64,000 nucleotides of DNA, from NCBI GenBank assembly GCA_030390025.1, contig CM059433.1, forward strand, positions 23,748,001 to 23,812,000. Direction: 5' to 3'. The notes beneath the pieces were generated by a model. It was not told where the DNA came from, searched no databases, and worked only from the letters and a program-made list of their open reading frames with translations. This document shows positions 36,858-48,432 of this stretch, piece by piece. Position 1 is the first letter of the stretch. Each line of letters opens with the position of its first letter. The position numbers were made by a program, and so were the translations under genes. This DNA is from Squalus acanthias (lineage: Eukaryota).

Positions 36858-37954
36858 TTCATAATTTTGAACACCTCTATCAAATCTTCCCTTAACCTTC
36901 TCTACTCTAAGGAAAACAACCTCAGTTTCCCGAGTCTCTCCACATAACTGAAGTCTTTCATCCGATACCATTCTAGTAAATCTCCTCTGCACCCTCTTTA
37001 AGGCCGTGACATTCTTCCTAAAGTGTGGTGCCCAGAATTGGAAACATTACTCCAGCTGAGGCCTAGTCAGTGTTTTATAAAAAATTAGCATAACTTCCTT
37101 GCTTTTGTACTCTATGCCTCTATTTATAAAGCCAAGGATCCCATATGCCTTTTTAACAGCCTTCTCAACTTGTCCTGCCACCTTCAAAGATTTGTGTACG
37201 TACACCCCCAGGTCCCTCTGTTTCTGCACCCCCTTTAAAATTGTACCATTTAGTTTATATTGCCTCTCTTCATTCCTACCAAAATGAATCACTTCACACT
37301 TCTCTGCGTTAAATTTCATCAGCCATGTGTTTGCCTATTTCACCAGTCCGTCTATGTCCTCCTGAAATCTGTTACTATCCTCCTCATTGTTTACTACTTT
37401 TCTGAGTTTCATGTTATCTGCAAACTTTGAAATTATGCCCTGTAAACCTAAGTCGAGGTCATTAATATATATCAAAAAGAGCAGTGGTCCCAACACCGAC
37501 CCCTGGGAACACCACTGTGTACTTCCCTCCAGTCTGAAAAACAACCGTTCACCACTACTTCCTGCTTTCTGTCCATTACCCAATTTCGTATCCACACTGC
37601 CACTGTCCCTGTAATCCCTCGGGCTTCAATTTTGCTAACAAATCTATTATGTGGTACTTATCAAACACCTTTTGAAAATCCATATACACAACATCAACTA
37701 CACTACCCTCATCAACCCTCTCTGTTAGTTCATCAAAGACCTCAATCAATTAGTCTTTGTTAGGATTTGCCTTTAACAAATCCGTGCTGGCTTTCATTTA
37801 TTAACCCATATTTTGCCAACTGCCAATTAATTCTGTCCCAGATTATTGTCTCTAAAAGTTTCCCCACCACTGACGTTAGACTGACTGGCCTGTAGTTACC
37901 AGGTTTATCCCTCTCCCCTTTTTTGAACAGGGTAGTAACATTTGCAATCCTCCA
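36858..37954 (-). mobile_element. CR1 LINE internal RT fragment (frameshifted)
   Basis: QGSVLGPLLFLIYINDLD, KFAD, MKFNAEKCEVIHFG, AYGILGFINRGIEYK. Confidence 0.95.
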
Positions 37955-40484
37955 AGTGACTCCAATTGGTGTTGCTCATTGGTGTAAATGGCTGAACAAG
38001 CCAAACATTCACTCTATAACAGGTTGTGTTAACTCAGACCAGTTTTGGCATTATAGACTAGCTTCTTACTGAGGAAACAGATTGCAGCTGATGTACACTC
38101 TTTGACTGATGGAACCCACATGGGTATAGTCAAATACATAAAGTACTCTTGAGGAAGCCTGAAATAATATATAAGTTTTATTGTTTGGTTTGGTTTGCTT
38201 GCCAGCCTTACGGGGCAATACATCAGTCACCTCCTAAATTCAGATGGCCTTGATCAATGCTAGTGTAATCTCCTGCTGCCTTAAGAGCTGCAGTAGCCAA
38301 AAGGTAAATGGATGTTTTGACAGACGTAACAGTTGGAGTCACAGAGGATTCATCTAAATCTGGAGTCAGCAATGTATAAACCTCAATAATTACATTGCAC
38401 CTATACCTCAGAGTGTAACCTCCTCAAATAAAGCCATGCAATTCATTCTAGGCCAATACAACTGTTCCCAAAGGAATGGCCTTTTTCTTGCTGCCCTCTT
38501 CCTTCATATCTCCATTTTTGTTGTTCCTCATTGGTGTAAATGACGTTTCTGAGATTTTGCAACACTATATTTACTCTGCTGCTCCTGTTACTACTTGATT
38601 TGAGTCTAATTATAGCATTGGTTTTGTGTGCCTGATCATAGGGTTGGACTATGCCGTGTCACGTGGCTACGATAATTGGCCAAGTTAGTGCTTTTAGTTT
38701 ATTGGTATTAATCATTTAATCCTGTACTAAATCTGTCTTGGTATGAAGAGACACTAATATCACCCCAAATATCCTTAATTCTTAGACAAATTCTGTCGGC
38801 AGTGAGTACAAGAACTATCGACACAGAATGTCTTCTTTCTTAATTTTGTTTGACAACTTGTCAAACTTTTGAAGTGTATCTTGCAAATATATGCTACACA
38901 TTAAAATAAACCACTGAATGAGTTGGGTTTACAAAAGTCAATTTTTTGGCCGCCTGAAATGTGCATTCAAGGTCACGTCGAGGTTTGTTTCTCAGTAAGT
39001 CACTGAGTCCCATTCTGTAGCCTGTATTTAGTTGATGCAGTCGCGGCCTGCTGTTCATATTATGAGAAAAACATGTTTATGTGAAGTGGCAGCCTTTTGG
39101 AGCTAACAAGAATGATAAATATCAACATGTTTCCCACAGGGAGTGCCTTAAAATGAATATCAGTCTATATTTACGAGTTCTTGAAGGAGTTAAGTTTTTA
39201 TTAATCTAGTTATTTGGTCCATTTGGTCTGGAAATCTGAATTGCAAATGTGAATTTTTAACAATGCTATAACTAATTATCTATGAACCGCATATATTTTA
39301 TTTTTAAATGAAAGATCTTAGAAGCACAAATGCATATATTGTGGACAGAACTATAAACTGAACGCAATCTAAAATGATTTTAATTGTTAGAGGAGACTCC
39401 CTCCGCGCCCCCTCCTCCCACCCTCAATGTTTTGTGCTAGCTTCAAACCCAGGCCTCAGGAGTTAAAAGATTAAATTCCATGATCCTGCACTCGCAGTGG
39501 GGAGCCATGCTCGCAGGGAGTGCGGGTGTGAGAATCAGGGCACTCTCTCTGACGCACACACCCTTTCATCCTGGGAGCACGGGATGACAGAATTTACCCT
39601 ACAGTGTTCTAATGCAGTGTGGCACTCTACCCTCCTGTCCACAGGTGCTCGAAACTGCTGAGGAAAAAAAAAGAGAAAAGAAAATTTACCAACTCTGTGC
39701 TAAGTAGGATAGTAATGTTACCAGGAGTTTACAGATGGACATTCTGATGCACTAAATATGCTTCATGATGTTTTATATTGACAACCTTTTAATTGAACTT
39801 CGCACTTCTCCAGCTGTATTACTCCGTTTCTTTTCTAAGGTAAGCACTTAACAGCAGCAGACATCAGCACCTTTCTTCGTCAAACCAAGTGAGTCATTCT
39901 CTCATTGACCAATGCACTGTTAACAAATTTGAGAATTTACTACCCCCCTTAGTTTTCCTAGAAAAGGTCGTTATATTTTAAATAATTTACTTGCTTCTGT
40001 GATTTTACTATCTCTCTTGTTTGCAAAATGATTCCCTGAAGTTTATTTGAGACCTTTTGCAATTATAGAAAGTGCATCACTCAGTATTAAATGGAATTTG
40101 TTTCTGGAAAACAGCACATTCAAATTTATAGCCGTATTTGTCATTAGAGGTTGGAAGGATTTTATAGCCCACTATATATGCTACTTCTATTTTATATGAT
40201 AATAGCAGGTTATTTGCTCAACATTAAATTCTGGAACATACAGTAAATCAAATTAATAGTCATACAAGGATTTTCTACGATCAGTAATCTTTTTATAATA
40301 CTGTCATGTTTTTAATACTATTTTTATTATTTTAAGTTATGGAATATACAATAACTTGGGGAAGTTGAAGAACATTTTAATTGTGCACTGTGACTAGAGG
40401 AGTTTTATGCCAATTCATCCAAATACTGTAGGAGCCAGTGACCTCCCCGAATACCCAGTGCACTAACTCTCAGTTACAAGTAGG

Positions 40485-43024
40485 GTGGAAGATGCCTGTG
40501 CGTGAATTCTTTTAACGTGGGGTGGCCATTGCACACCAGCTACCACATGGGTTTGACAGAGCAAGGTCTTGGTCCAATGGCAAGGGGATCCAAGACGATT
40601 GGAGACCAGGCTCTGCTACAACGGCCTAGCACACACACACAAACATACTGCTACTGTCCTCCTCCCTCCTTCCCGCAGGTCCTCTCTGCCTGGGTTTCGT
40701 AGGATGCATTGTGGTCCTCCCGACCTCGCTGTTGGCCCGTGCCGCACCTTCCCTGGGCCCCGACCCCGCTGCTGGTCCACGCTGTGCCACTCTGGGCCTT
40801 GACCTCGCTGCTGGGCTCGTCGTCGCTCCTGGGTCCCGGCCTCGGACATGAATGATGTTGTCTCTCACAGGATCAAATTAGCACTGATATTCTCGCGATC
40901 ACTGGCCCCGAACTCCAAACTGAAGGCCGAGGTTCCAACAAAAAACTCGCGACCTGAAGAACAGATGGTGGGTGGAGAAAGCGCAGGAGATCCAGCAGCT
41001 AGCTGACAACCACGACGTGCGTGGATTCTTTAGCGCAGTCAAGACCACCTATGGCCCAAGCACCCAAGGCCCTACCCCACTGCGGGCCAAGAACGGAGAG
41101 GTACTCATCAAGGACAGAGAGGCAGTCAGTGCCCGCTGGAAGGAGCACTTCAAAGATCTCCTTAACCGAGACTCTGTCTTCAACGCGAGTGTCCTCAACT
41201 CCATCCCGCAGCATGCTACCCGCCACCATCTCAGCACAACCCCAGCCCGGCATGAGGTTGAAAAGGCCATCCGACAACTGAAGAACAACAAGGCCTCAGG
41301 AGCAGATGGAATCCCCGCCGAGGCACTAAAGCATGGCGGAGAAGCACTACTGGCGCGAATTCATTAACTCATTTCTCTTATCTGGAAGGAGGAGAGCATG
41401 CCAGGAGATCTCAGAGACGCCGTAATTGTGACCATCTTCAAGAAAGGTGACAAGTCCGTTTGCGGTAATTATAGAGGAGTTTCCCTGCTGTCTGCCACAG
41501 GGAAAGTCATCGCAAGAATGCTCCTCAATCGCCTTCTCCCAGTGGCTGAAGAGCTCCTCCCAGAGTCGCAATGCGGATTCCGCCCACTAAGGGGCACAAT
41601 GGACATGATCTTCACTGCACGTTAATTACAAGAGAAATGCAGGGAACAGCACCAACCGCTGTACATGGCCTTCTTTGATCTCACAAAGGCTTTCGACACT
41701 GTCAACCGTGAGGGATTATGGAGTGTCCTCCTCAAATTCGGCTGCCCTCAAAAGTTTGTCACCATCCTCCGCCTGCTTCACGATGACATGCAAGCCGTGA
41801 TCCTGACCAACGGTTCCACCACAGACCCAATTCACGTATGAACCGGGGTCAAGCAAGGCTGTGTCATCGCACCAACGCTCTTCTCTATCTTCCTTACTGC
41901 AATGCTCCATCTCACCCTCAGTAAGCTCCCCATTGGAGTGGAGCTAATTTACAGAACAAACGGGAAACTGTTCAACCTCCGTCGCCTCCAGTCCAGATCC
42001 AAGGTCGTCCAATCCTCTGTCGTCGAATTACAGTATGCAGACGACGCTTGCGTCTGCGATCACTCGGAGGTCGAACTCCAAACCATCATCAACACCTTCA
42101 CCGAAGCGTACGAGAGCATGGGCCTTACACTAAACATCCGTAAGACAAAGGTCCTCTACCAACCTGCCCCCGCCACACAGTACTGCCCCCCGATTATCAA
42201 AATCCACGACAAGGCCTTGGACAACGTGGACCACTTTCCATACCTCAGGAGCCTACTGTCAACAAGGGCAGACGTCGATGACGAAGTCCAACACCGCCTT
42301 CAGTGTGCCAGTACAGCCCTCAGTCGCCTGAGGAAGAGAGTGTTTGAAGACCAGGACCTCAAACCCGGCACTAAGCTCATGGTCTACAGAGCAGCAGTGA
42401 TACCCGCCCTCCTGTATGCCTCAGAGACATGGACCATGTACAGCAGACACCTCAAAGCACTGGAGAGGTACCACCAACGCTGCCTCCGCAAGATCCTGCA
42501 AATCCATTGGCAGGATAGGCGCACCAACGTCAGTGTTCTCGCTCAGGCCAACATCCCCAGCATCGAAGCTTTGACCACGCTTGATCAGCTCCGATGGACG
42601 GGTCACATTGTCCGCATGCCCGATACGAGACTCCCAAAACAAGCGCTCTACTCGGAGCTCCGGCACGGCAAGAGAGCCCCAGGTGGGCAGAGGAAACGCT
42701 TCAAGGACACCCTCAAAGCCTCCTTGAAAAAGTGTAACATCCCCACCAACACTTTGGAATCCCTGGCCCAAGACTGCACAAAGTGGAGGAGAAGCATCCG
42801 GGAAGGCGCCGAACACCTCGAGTCTCTTCGCCGGGACCAAGCGGAAGCCAAGCGCAAACAGTGGAAGGAGTGCACGTCAACCCAAGCACCCCACCCGCCC
42901 CTTCAACCACCGTCTGCCCCACCTGTGACAGAGACTGTAGGTCCCGCATTGGACTCATCAGTCACCTGCGAACTCATTTTTAATGTGGAAGCAAGTCATC
43001 CTCGGTTCCAAGGGACTGCCTAAG
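40485..43024 (+). mobile_element. RTE-clade (BovB-like) LINE with an inverted 5' segment, flanked by a 13-bp TSD
   Basis: The sense body at about 40919-43024 has KASGADGIPAE, NYRGVSLL, PESQCGFR, DLTKAFDTV, GVKQGCV, LQYADD and a C-terminal CPTCDRDC..HLRTH zinc finger, with stops and frameshifts. An antisense 5'-UTR-like segment occupies 40485-40912. The TSD is AGTTACAAGTAGG (40472-40484) / AGTTCCAAGTAGG (43025-43037). Confidence 0.9.
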
Positions 43025-43090
43025 AGTTCCAAGTAGGTTAGGGTGACCATATTTTCTAAACCGAATCCGGCGACACACAGGGTGGGAGCA

Positions 43091-43723
43091 CAGTGACAGA
43101 GGTCACACCTGCTCCCCCGCCCCCCAGTGACTGAGGTCACACCTGACCCCTCCCCCCAGTGACTGAGGTCACACCTGTCCCCTCCCCCCAGTGACTGAGG
43201 TCACATCTGACCCCCGGCCCAAGTGACTGAGGTCACACCTGACCCCTCCCCCCAGTGACTGAGGTCACATCTGACCCCCGGCCCCAGTGACTGAGGTCAC
43301 ACCTGACCCCTCCCCCCATGACTGAGGTCACACCTGACCCCTCCCCCCTGTGACTGAGGTCACACCTGACCCCTCCCCCCGTGACTGAGGTCACACCTGA
43401 ACCCTCCCCCCAGTGACTGAGGTCACACCTGACCCCCGGCCCCAGTGACTGAGGTCACATCTGACCCCCGGCCCCAGTGACTGAGGTCACACCTGACCCC
43501 TCCCCCCATGACTGAGGTCACACCTGACCCCTCCCCCCGTGACTGAGGTCACACCTGACCCCTCCCCCCTGTGACTGAGGTCACACCTGACCCCTCCCCC
43601 CTGTGTCTGAGGTCACACCTGACCCCTCCCCCCAGTGACTGAGGTCACATCTGACCCCCGGCCCCAGTGACTGAGGTCACACCTGACCCCCCCCCCCATG
43701 ACTGAGGTCACACCTGACCCCCC
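43091..43723. repeat. Minisatellite of about 32 bp, about 20 units (CAGTGACTGAGGTCACACCTGACCCCTCCCCC)
   Basis: Directly visible, with a variable C-run length and a recurring CATCTGACCCCCGGCCCC variant. Confidence 0.97.
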
Positions 43724-43749
43724 GTGGTGTCTAGGATTAGCCCATCCCC

Positions 43750-44060
43750 CCTTCCCTCAGTGACTGTGACCGGGCTCTCCCCCGCAGCCTCTCCCTCACC
43801 CGCTCTGGCACCGACAATCCATCAGCACGAGCCCGGCCAGAAATTCAGAAACAACAGTCAGCACTTGCGCAGAAAGATCGCCCAGTCGCGCTCGCGCAGA
43901 GAGATCGCCCAGTCGCGCTCGCGCAGAAAGATCGCCCAGTCGCGCTCGCGCAGAGAGACACTCCGGTCATTGTACAAGTTGTTGGTTAGTTTAGCCTTGG
44001 AGCCGCAAACTGCCCGGTGGTCACACCCGTCAGTGACCATTTTCACTGAGCGCAGTAGGA
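43750..44060 (-). promoter_or_regulatory. Candidate CpG-island promoter and first exon
   Basis: CpG-dense sequence. The minus strand has an ATG at 43822 and donor GG|GTGAGG at 43799, followed by a GC-rich minisatellite. Confidence 0.35.
43867..43958. repeat. 27-bp CpG-rich tandem repeat, about 3.4 copies
   Basis: GCGCAGA(A/G)AGATCGCCCAGTCGCGCTC at 43867, 43894 and 43921, with a partial copy at 43948. Confidence 0.97.
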
Positions 44061-44138
44061 AACCTTAGCTGGAACAGAGCATTGATCCAGTTATAGGGGT
44101 AACCGCGTCAAAGGCCAAGCATTAACTACAAGGACGAA

Positions 44139-44277
44139 GCAATGGTTACTTTCACAGGGACTGTAAGTGCAGTCCAAATGGTGGAGGTGGGTTGCAGGTC
44201 TGGCTGTAGCAGGGGACACAATTACTCCAGTGCTTCTTTGGTGAAGCACGGCCTCCTGAGGCAGATTTCTGACTCAG
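44139..44277 (-). pseudogene. Harbinger (HARBI1-like DDE) transposase N-terminal remnant
   Basis: ESEICLRRPCFTKEALE*LCPLLQPDLQPTSTIWTALTVPVKVTIA. Confidence 0.75.
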
Positions 44278-45614
44278 ATCACGGCAGGAGCGCTGGAGAC
44301 TGTATATTCATACCGCTGGGTACCAATGACAAGGTATCATCCTCCAATGGTGCCTCCTGAGCTGAACTTTCCTGAATTCCTCCTCCGCCTACTCTTCTTC
44401 CTCCTCCAGAAGAATAGGGTATAAAGGAATCCTGATTATGAAATCCAGTATTTGAGTTGGATTACCTCCAATGGATTATCTCGATTTCCCCTGCTGGCCC
44501 CACAGAACTGGGTGCTAGACAAGTTGAAGGGCCCTCGAGAACTGCAGATAAAAAAAAGCCAAATCGGCCTAAGTAGGTTCACTGTTTAGTACTTAAACTT
44601 TCACTTCTTCATTGATGCACTGTTGCGAGCAGGAGCCCCCGCTTCATGTAGGTGTTCTTTCCAATGGATCAAGTTAGGCAAAACTGATGGGATTTAGGAC
44701 TGATGATTTCATCCCGTTATTATCCTGACATTTCACTATGTCCACAGGAAGGTGTGGGAGGCAAACACTTCTTGCCCCAGTTCCTCGCCCAACAGTTCAG
44801 TACACTGCCAGTACACCTCCACAACCAAGGAATTACCAGGATATGATCTGCATTTTAAATATGGTGCACTACCTCACAAGCATCTATCAGTAGCTGGACA
44901 CATCTTGTACTATTAAGGCCAGTAAACCAGTTAAAACTATTCCTTCTACAGACCATGTACAGCCTACCCTAAGAAAATAAAGGAGCATGGAATGAGAAAA
45001 GCCCAATCAGAAACAAGATTGGATCACACATCCAAATGAGTCAACTACCAGTTGGACACGATTTTGAAATGATCTGTTTAGTAAAACTGAACATGAATGA
45101 AGGAAACCTGGCAGGAGCTTGGCAAATTGGCACAGACAATAGTGTAGCCATCACATATAACTTGAGCAACCTCCGGAAAAGGCTGTACTCAGTGAAGGGG
45201 TATGAGTCGTTGACTTTATTGCCAATGTCAAAATATTATTTTGCCCACAGTTGCTGCTGGTGGGACAATGGGAAGTAGATGAAGCAATCCTATGACTGTC
45301 CAAAGAAACAATGACCTTGGAAATACATTTTGACATCGAGGCTTGGATGAAGCCTGTAGTGTGACCAGTCGGGGGGTCAAAAAGATGCCAGCAGCACAGA
45401 AGACAACTTCTTTACTCCTCTTTACTGGCAGGGAAATCATCCTGGGTGATTAGTACTTCAAATCCTCCTTTGATTCCTCAGGCAGCTCATTTGCTTGCTG
45501 GAATGAAATCTACATGTGGGTTGGACTAGCCTGTAAACCAAATGCACCATCTACATATCTTTCAGGAATGTTGTCTTCTTTCCAGCACTGTACCTTGGCA
45601 GATCTTGCGATATC

Positions 45615-45689
45615 CTTCAGTATAACCTAGCCAAAGTTTCCTGCATTATTGTACCCTGCCGCAGTCTCCATAACCTCACTATTCAAAGA
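45615..45689 (+). pseudogene. Harbinger transposase C-terminal remnant
   Basis: LQYNLAKVSCIIVPCRSLHNLTIQR resembles the LQY.P.KV..I..AC..LHN motif of DDE_Tnp_4 transposases. Confidence 0.7.
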
Positions 45690-46126
45690 GGCAGCCATAT
45701 CGAGCAGTGGGAGCAAGCACCTTCTGAAGAGCAACAACAGCCTGATTAGCCAAAGGCAGCAGCACAAATATCTTTGATAGCCACAAGAGCCATTCAGAGG
45801 AACACTTTATCCTAATGTCCTCATGCACCCTTCCCATTACGAATTCTCCCTGTTTCTTCCCCTGCAATAAATCACAATGCACATTTCCACCATTGGACTA
45901 CCTATCTGCCAGGTAGACCACACCTCTTCACTACACATGTCCTTCCTTGCCTCACAAATGAAACTCTCTGCACATGCTACAATTCCTGTGCCCATGAATT
46001 TATTTGACAAAATGTAAAGTGTATGCTATCACAGTGCTTCCCTTTCGTAACAGTCTGTGTATTATGCTTGACTACTTAATCTGGCTTCAAAGAATGATAA
46101 AATCTGCCACTGGCTGTTGGAGGGAG

Positions 46127-47945
46127 AACATACAAACATAAGAACATAAGAAATAGGAGCAGGAGTAGGCCATACGGCCCCTCGAGCCTGCTCCATCGTT
46201 CAATAAGATCCTGGCTGATCTACGACCTCCACTCCACTTTCCTGCCCGATCCCCATATTCCTTGATCCCCTTAGTCCAAATATCTATCGATCTCCGTCTT
46301 GAATATACTCAATGGCTGAGCATCCACAGCCCTCTGAGGAAGAGAATTCCAAAGATTCACATCCCTCTTAGTGAAGAAATTTCTCCTCATCTCAGTCATA
46401 AATGGCCAACCCCTTATCCTGAGACTATGCCCCCTAGTTCTAGACACTCCAGCCAGGGGATACAACCTCTCAGCATCTACCCACTCAAGCCCTCTCAGAA
46501 TTTTGTGTGTTTCAATGAGATCACCTCTCATTCTTCTAAACTCCAGAGAGTATTGGCCCATTCTACTCAATCTCTCCTCATAGGACAACCCTCGCATCCC
46601 AGGGATCAATCTAGTGAACCTTCATTGCATCACCTCTAAGACATATATATCCATCCTTCGGTACGGAGACCAAAACTGTGCACAGTACTCCAGGTGTGGT
46701 CTCACCAGAGCCCTGTACAATTGTAGCAAGACTTCCTTATTCTTGTACTCCAACCCCCTTGCAATAAAAGTCAACATACCGTTTGCCTTCTTAATTGCTT
46801 GCGGTACCTGCATGCTAACTTTCTGTGTTCAGTGCACAAGGACACCCAGATCCCACTGAACACCAACATTTAATAGTTTCTCACCATTTAAAAAATAATG
46901 GTCTGGATTTTGCAGTGGGTAATGACAGTGAACTGTCAACGTTCACCTTCACTACCCCTCTGAAACTGACCGGAAGTTCAGGATTTAGCACATGCGCATC
47001 TAAATGCAGAAATCCTGAAGTTGCGGTCAGTCATTCACTGCTCCGACACAGGCTGCGCTGTGGACCACCACAGTCCCCTCCCTATCCCACATAGCCGACA
47101 ATCAGAAATCAGTGGAACTGATGAAAACTTGAGCTATTCTGCACTAATATCGCTGTTAAATACCCCATTAAATGTTAAGCCTTGTTGGAACTGGGGTTTT
47201 AACAACGTATTGACTGCTCACCAACCGTTCTGTGAATTTTTATATTTGTAGAGTGTCAAATTTCTCCATTGTGATAAAAATTAGAATTTACATTTTTTTA
47301 AAGGTTGTTCATGATATTTCAGCTTCTACCTTATCTCCAGTATATCCCAATCTTTATTTTGCTCTCTGTAACATTTTTACAAAGAGCAGATAATTCAGTA
47401 CTTTTCATTTCCTGGTTTGCTGTCTGTGAGAATTCTTCAATGTGATTGGCTGCTTAGACAGCTTGTTGACATCACTGCAGCTCTTCACTGGGGATTCCCA
47501 TTACACAGCTCTATCATCAAATGCACATTGAGAAAGGTAAACTTCTCGTCACAGAGATCGCACCTGTTTTTCTATTCTTCCTACCAAAGTGAATAACCTC
47601 ACATTTTCCGACATTATACTCCATCTGCCAGCTTCTTGCCCACTCACTTAACCTATCGACATCCCTTTGCAAACTTTTTGTGTCCTCCTCACAGCTTACT
47701 TTCTCACCTAGCTTTGCATCGTCAGCAAACTTGGATACATTACACTCGGTCCGTTCATTTAAGTCATTAATATAGATTGTAAATAGCTGAGGCCCAAGCA
47801 CTGATCCTTGCAGCACCCCACTAGTAATAGCCTGCCAACTTGAAAATGACCTGCTTATTCCTACTCTCTGTTTTCGGTCCTTTAACCACTCCTCTACCAT
47901 GCTAATATATTACCCCCAAACCCCATGAGCCCTTATCTCGTGTAA
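46127..47945 (-). mobile_element. CR1 LINE split by a MITE insertion (about 46899-47563)
   Basis: 3' end with an AAGAACAT tail and VRPHLEYCAQFWSP. The RT sequence stops at TTTAAAAAATAAT (46898) and resumes at CTGTTTTTCTATTCTTCCTACCAAAG (about 47564), followed by KFADD and GSVLGPQLFTIYINDL. Confidence 0.92.
46899..47563. mobile_element. Non-autonomous DNA element nested in CR1
   Basis: Non-CR1 sequence that begins AAT-GGTCTGGATTTT and interrupts contiguous CR1 sequence. No right TIR was recognised. Confidence 0.65.
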
Positions 47946-48432
47946 GAGAGGTTTTGGTTTGAGCTTCACGAGATATTTTTCAAGTGAAGGATACACGGAG
48001 AGAGTAATGGGCCTTGTTTATGTCTTTGCATTCATGTGGTACAATCACCATGAGGGTAGGGAGAGCATGGGGTAGACGGAGTTGAGTGTCTGACAGATTT
48101 CTCCCGTGGACAGCCTTAAATTGAGATCAGCCTCTGGGAAAATGCCTGTGTGTGATCCTTCTATTCCTCTCAACAGTCGCCATGGCCTCTTCCCTGAAAT
48201 AAAGGTGCCCAATTAATGTTGAAGTCAGGTTGTTGGCTTAGATTCCACCGGGAAATTGGTTTGAGCATTCAATATAAATAATTAGTTTAAGAAGAATTCA
48301 TGCTGGCATCACAGCAGGAAAATAAAAGTGCTATTTACTCATTGTCCACATGAGGGCAGCTGTGAGCACAAACCATGGAGGCAGCCGATAACCAGATACT
48401 ACTGGAAGGTACCATCTGCAGAAAGCAGCAAA

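Noticed and set aside
36520..39845. Plus-strand micro-exon candidates (about 36548-36581 HYEDDFYKYCE with a GC donor; 39814-39839)
   Set aside because: The splice-like signals give no recognisable protein and no consistent exon chain.
40550..40617. HDV-like ribozyme in the RTE leader (GCAGAGC/GCTCTGT stem with a G.U first pair)
   Set aside because: I could not place P3/L3, the P1.1 GG or J4/2. It looks like a simple multibranch stem.
41902..43023. 373-aa ORF as an active RT
   Set aside because: It is part of an RTE with upstream stops (41365, 41623, about 41839) and a frameshift before the zinc finger.
43091..43723. CRISPR-like array or canonical ERE cluster
   Set aside because: The units are contiguous without spacers, and the half-site spacing is 4 rather than 3.
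44900..45130. GIY-YIG/Penelope C-terminal remnant (QLPVGHDF)
   Set aside because: A single short motif is too little to call.
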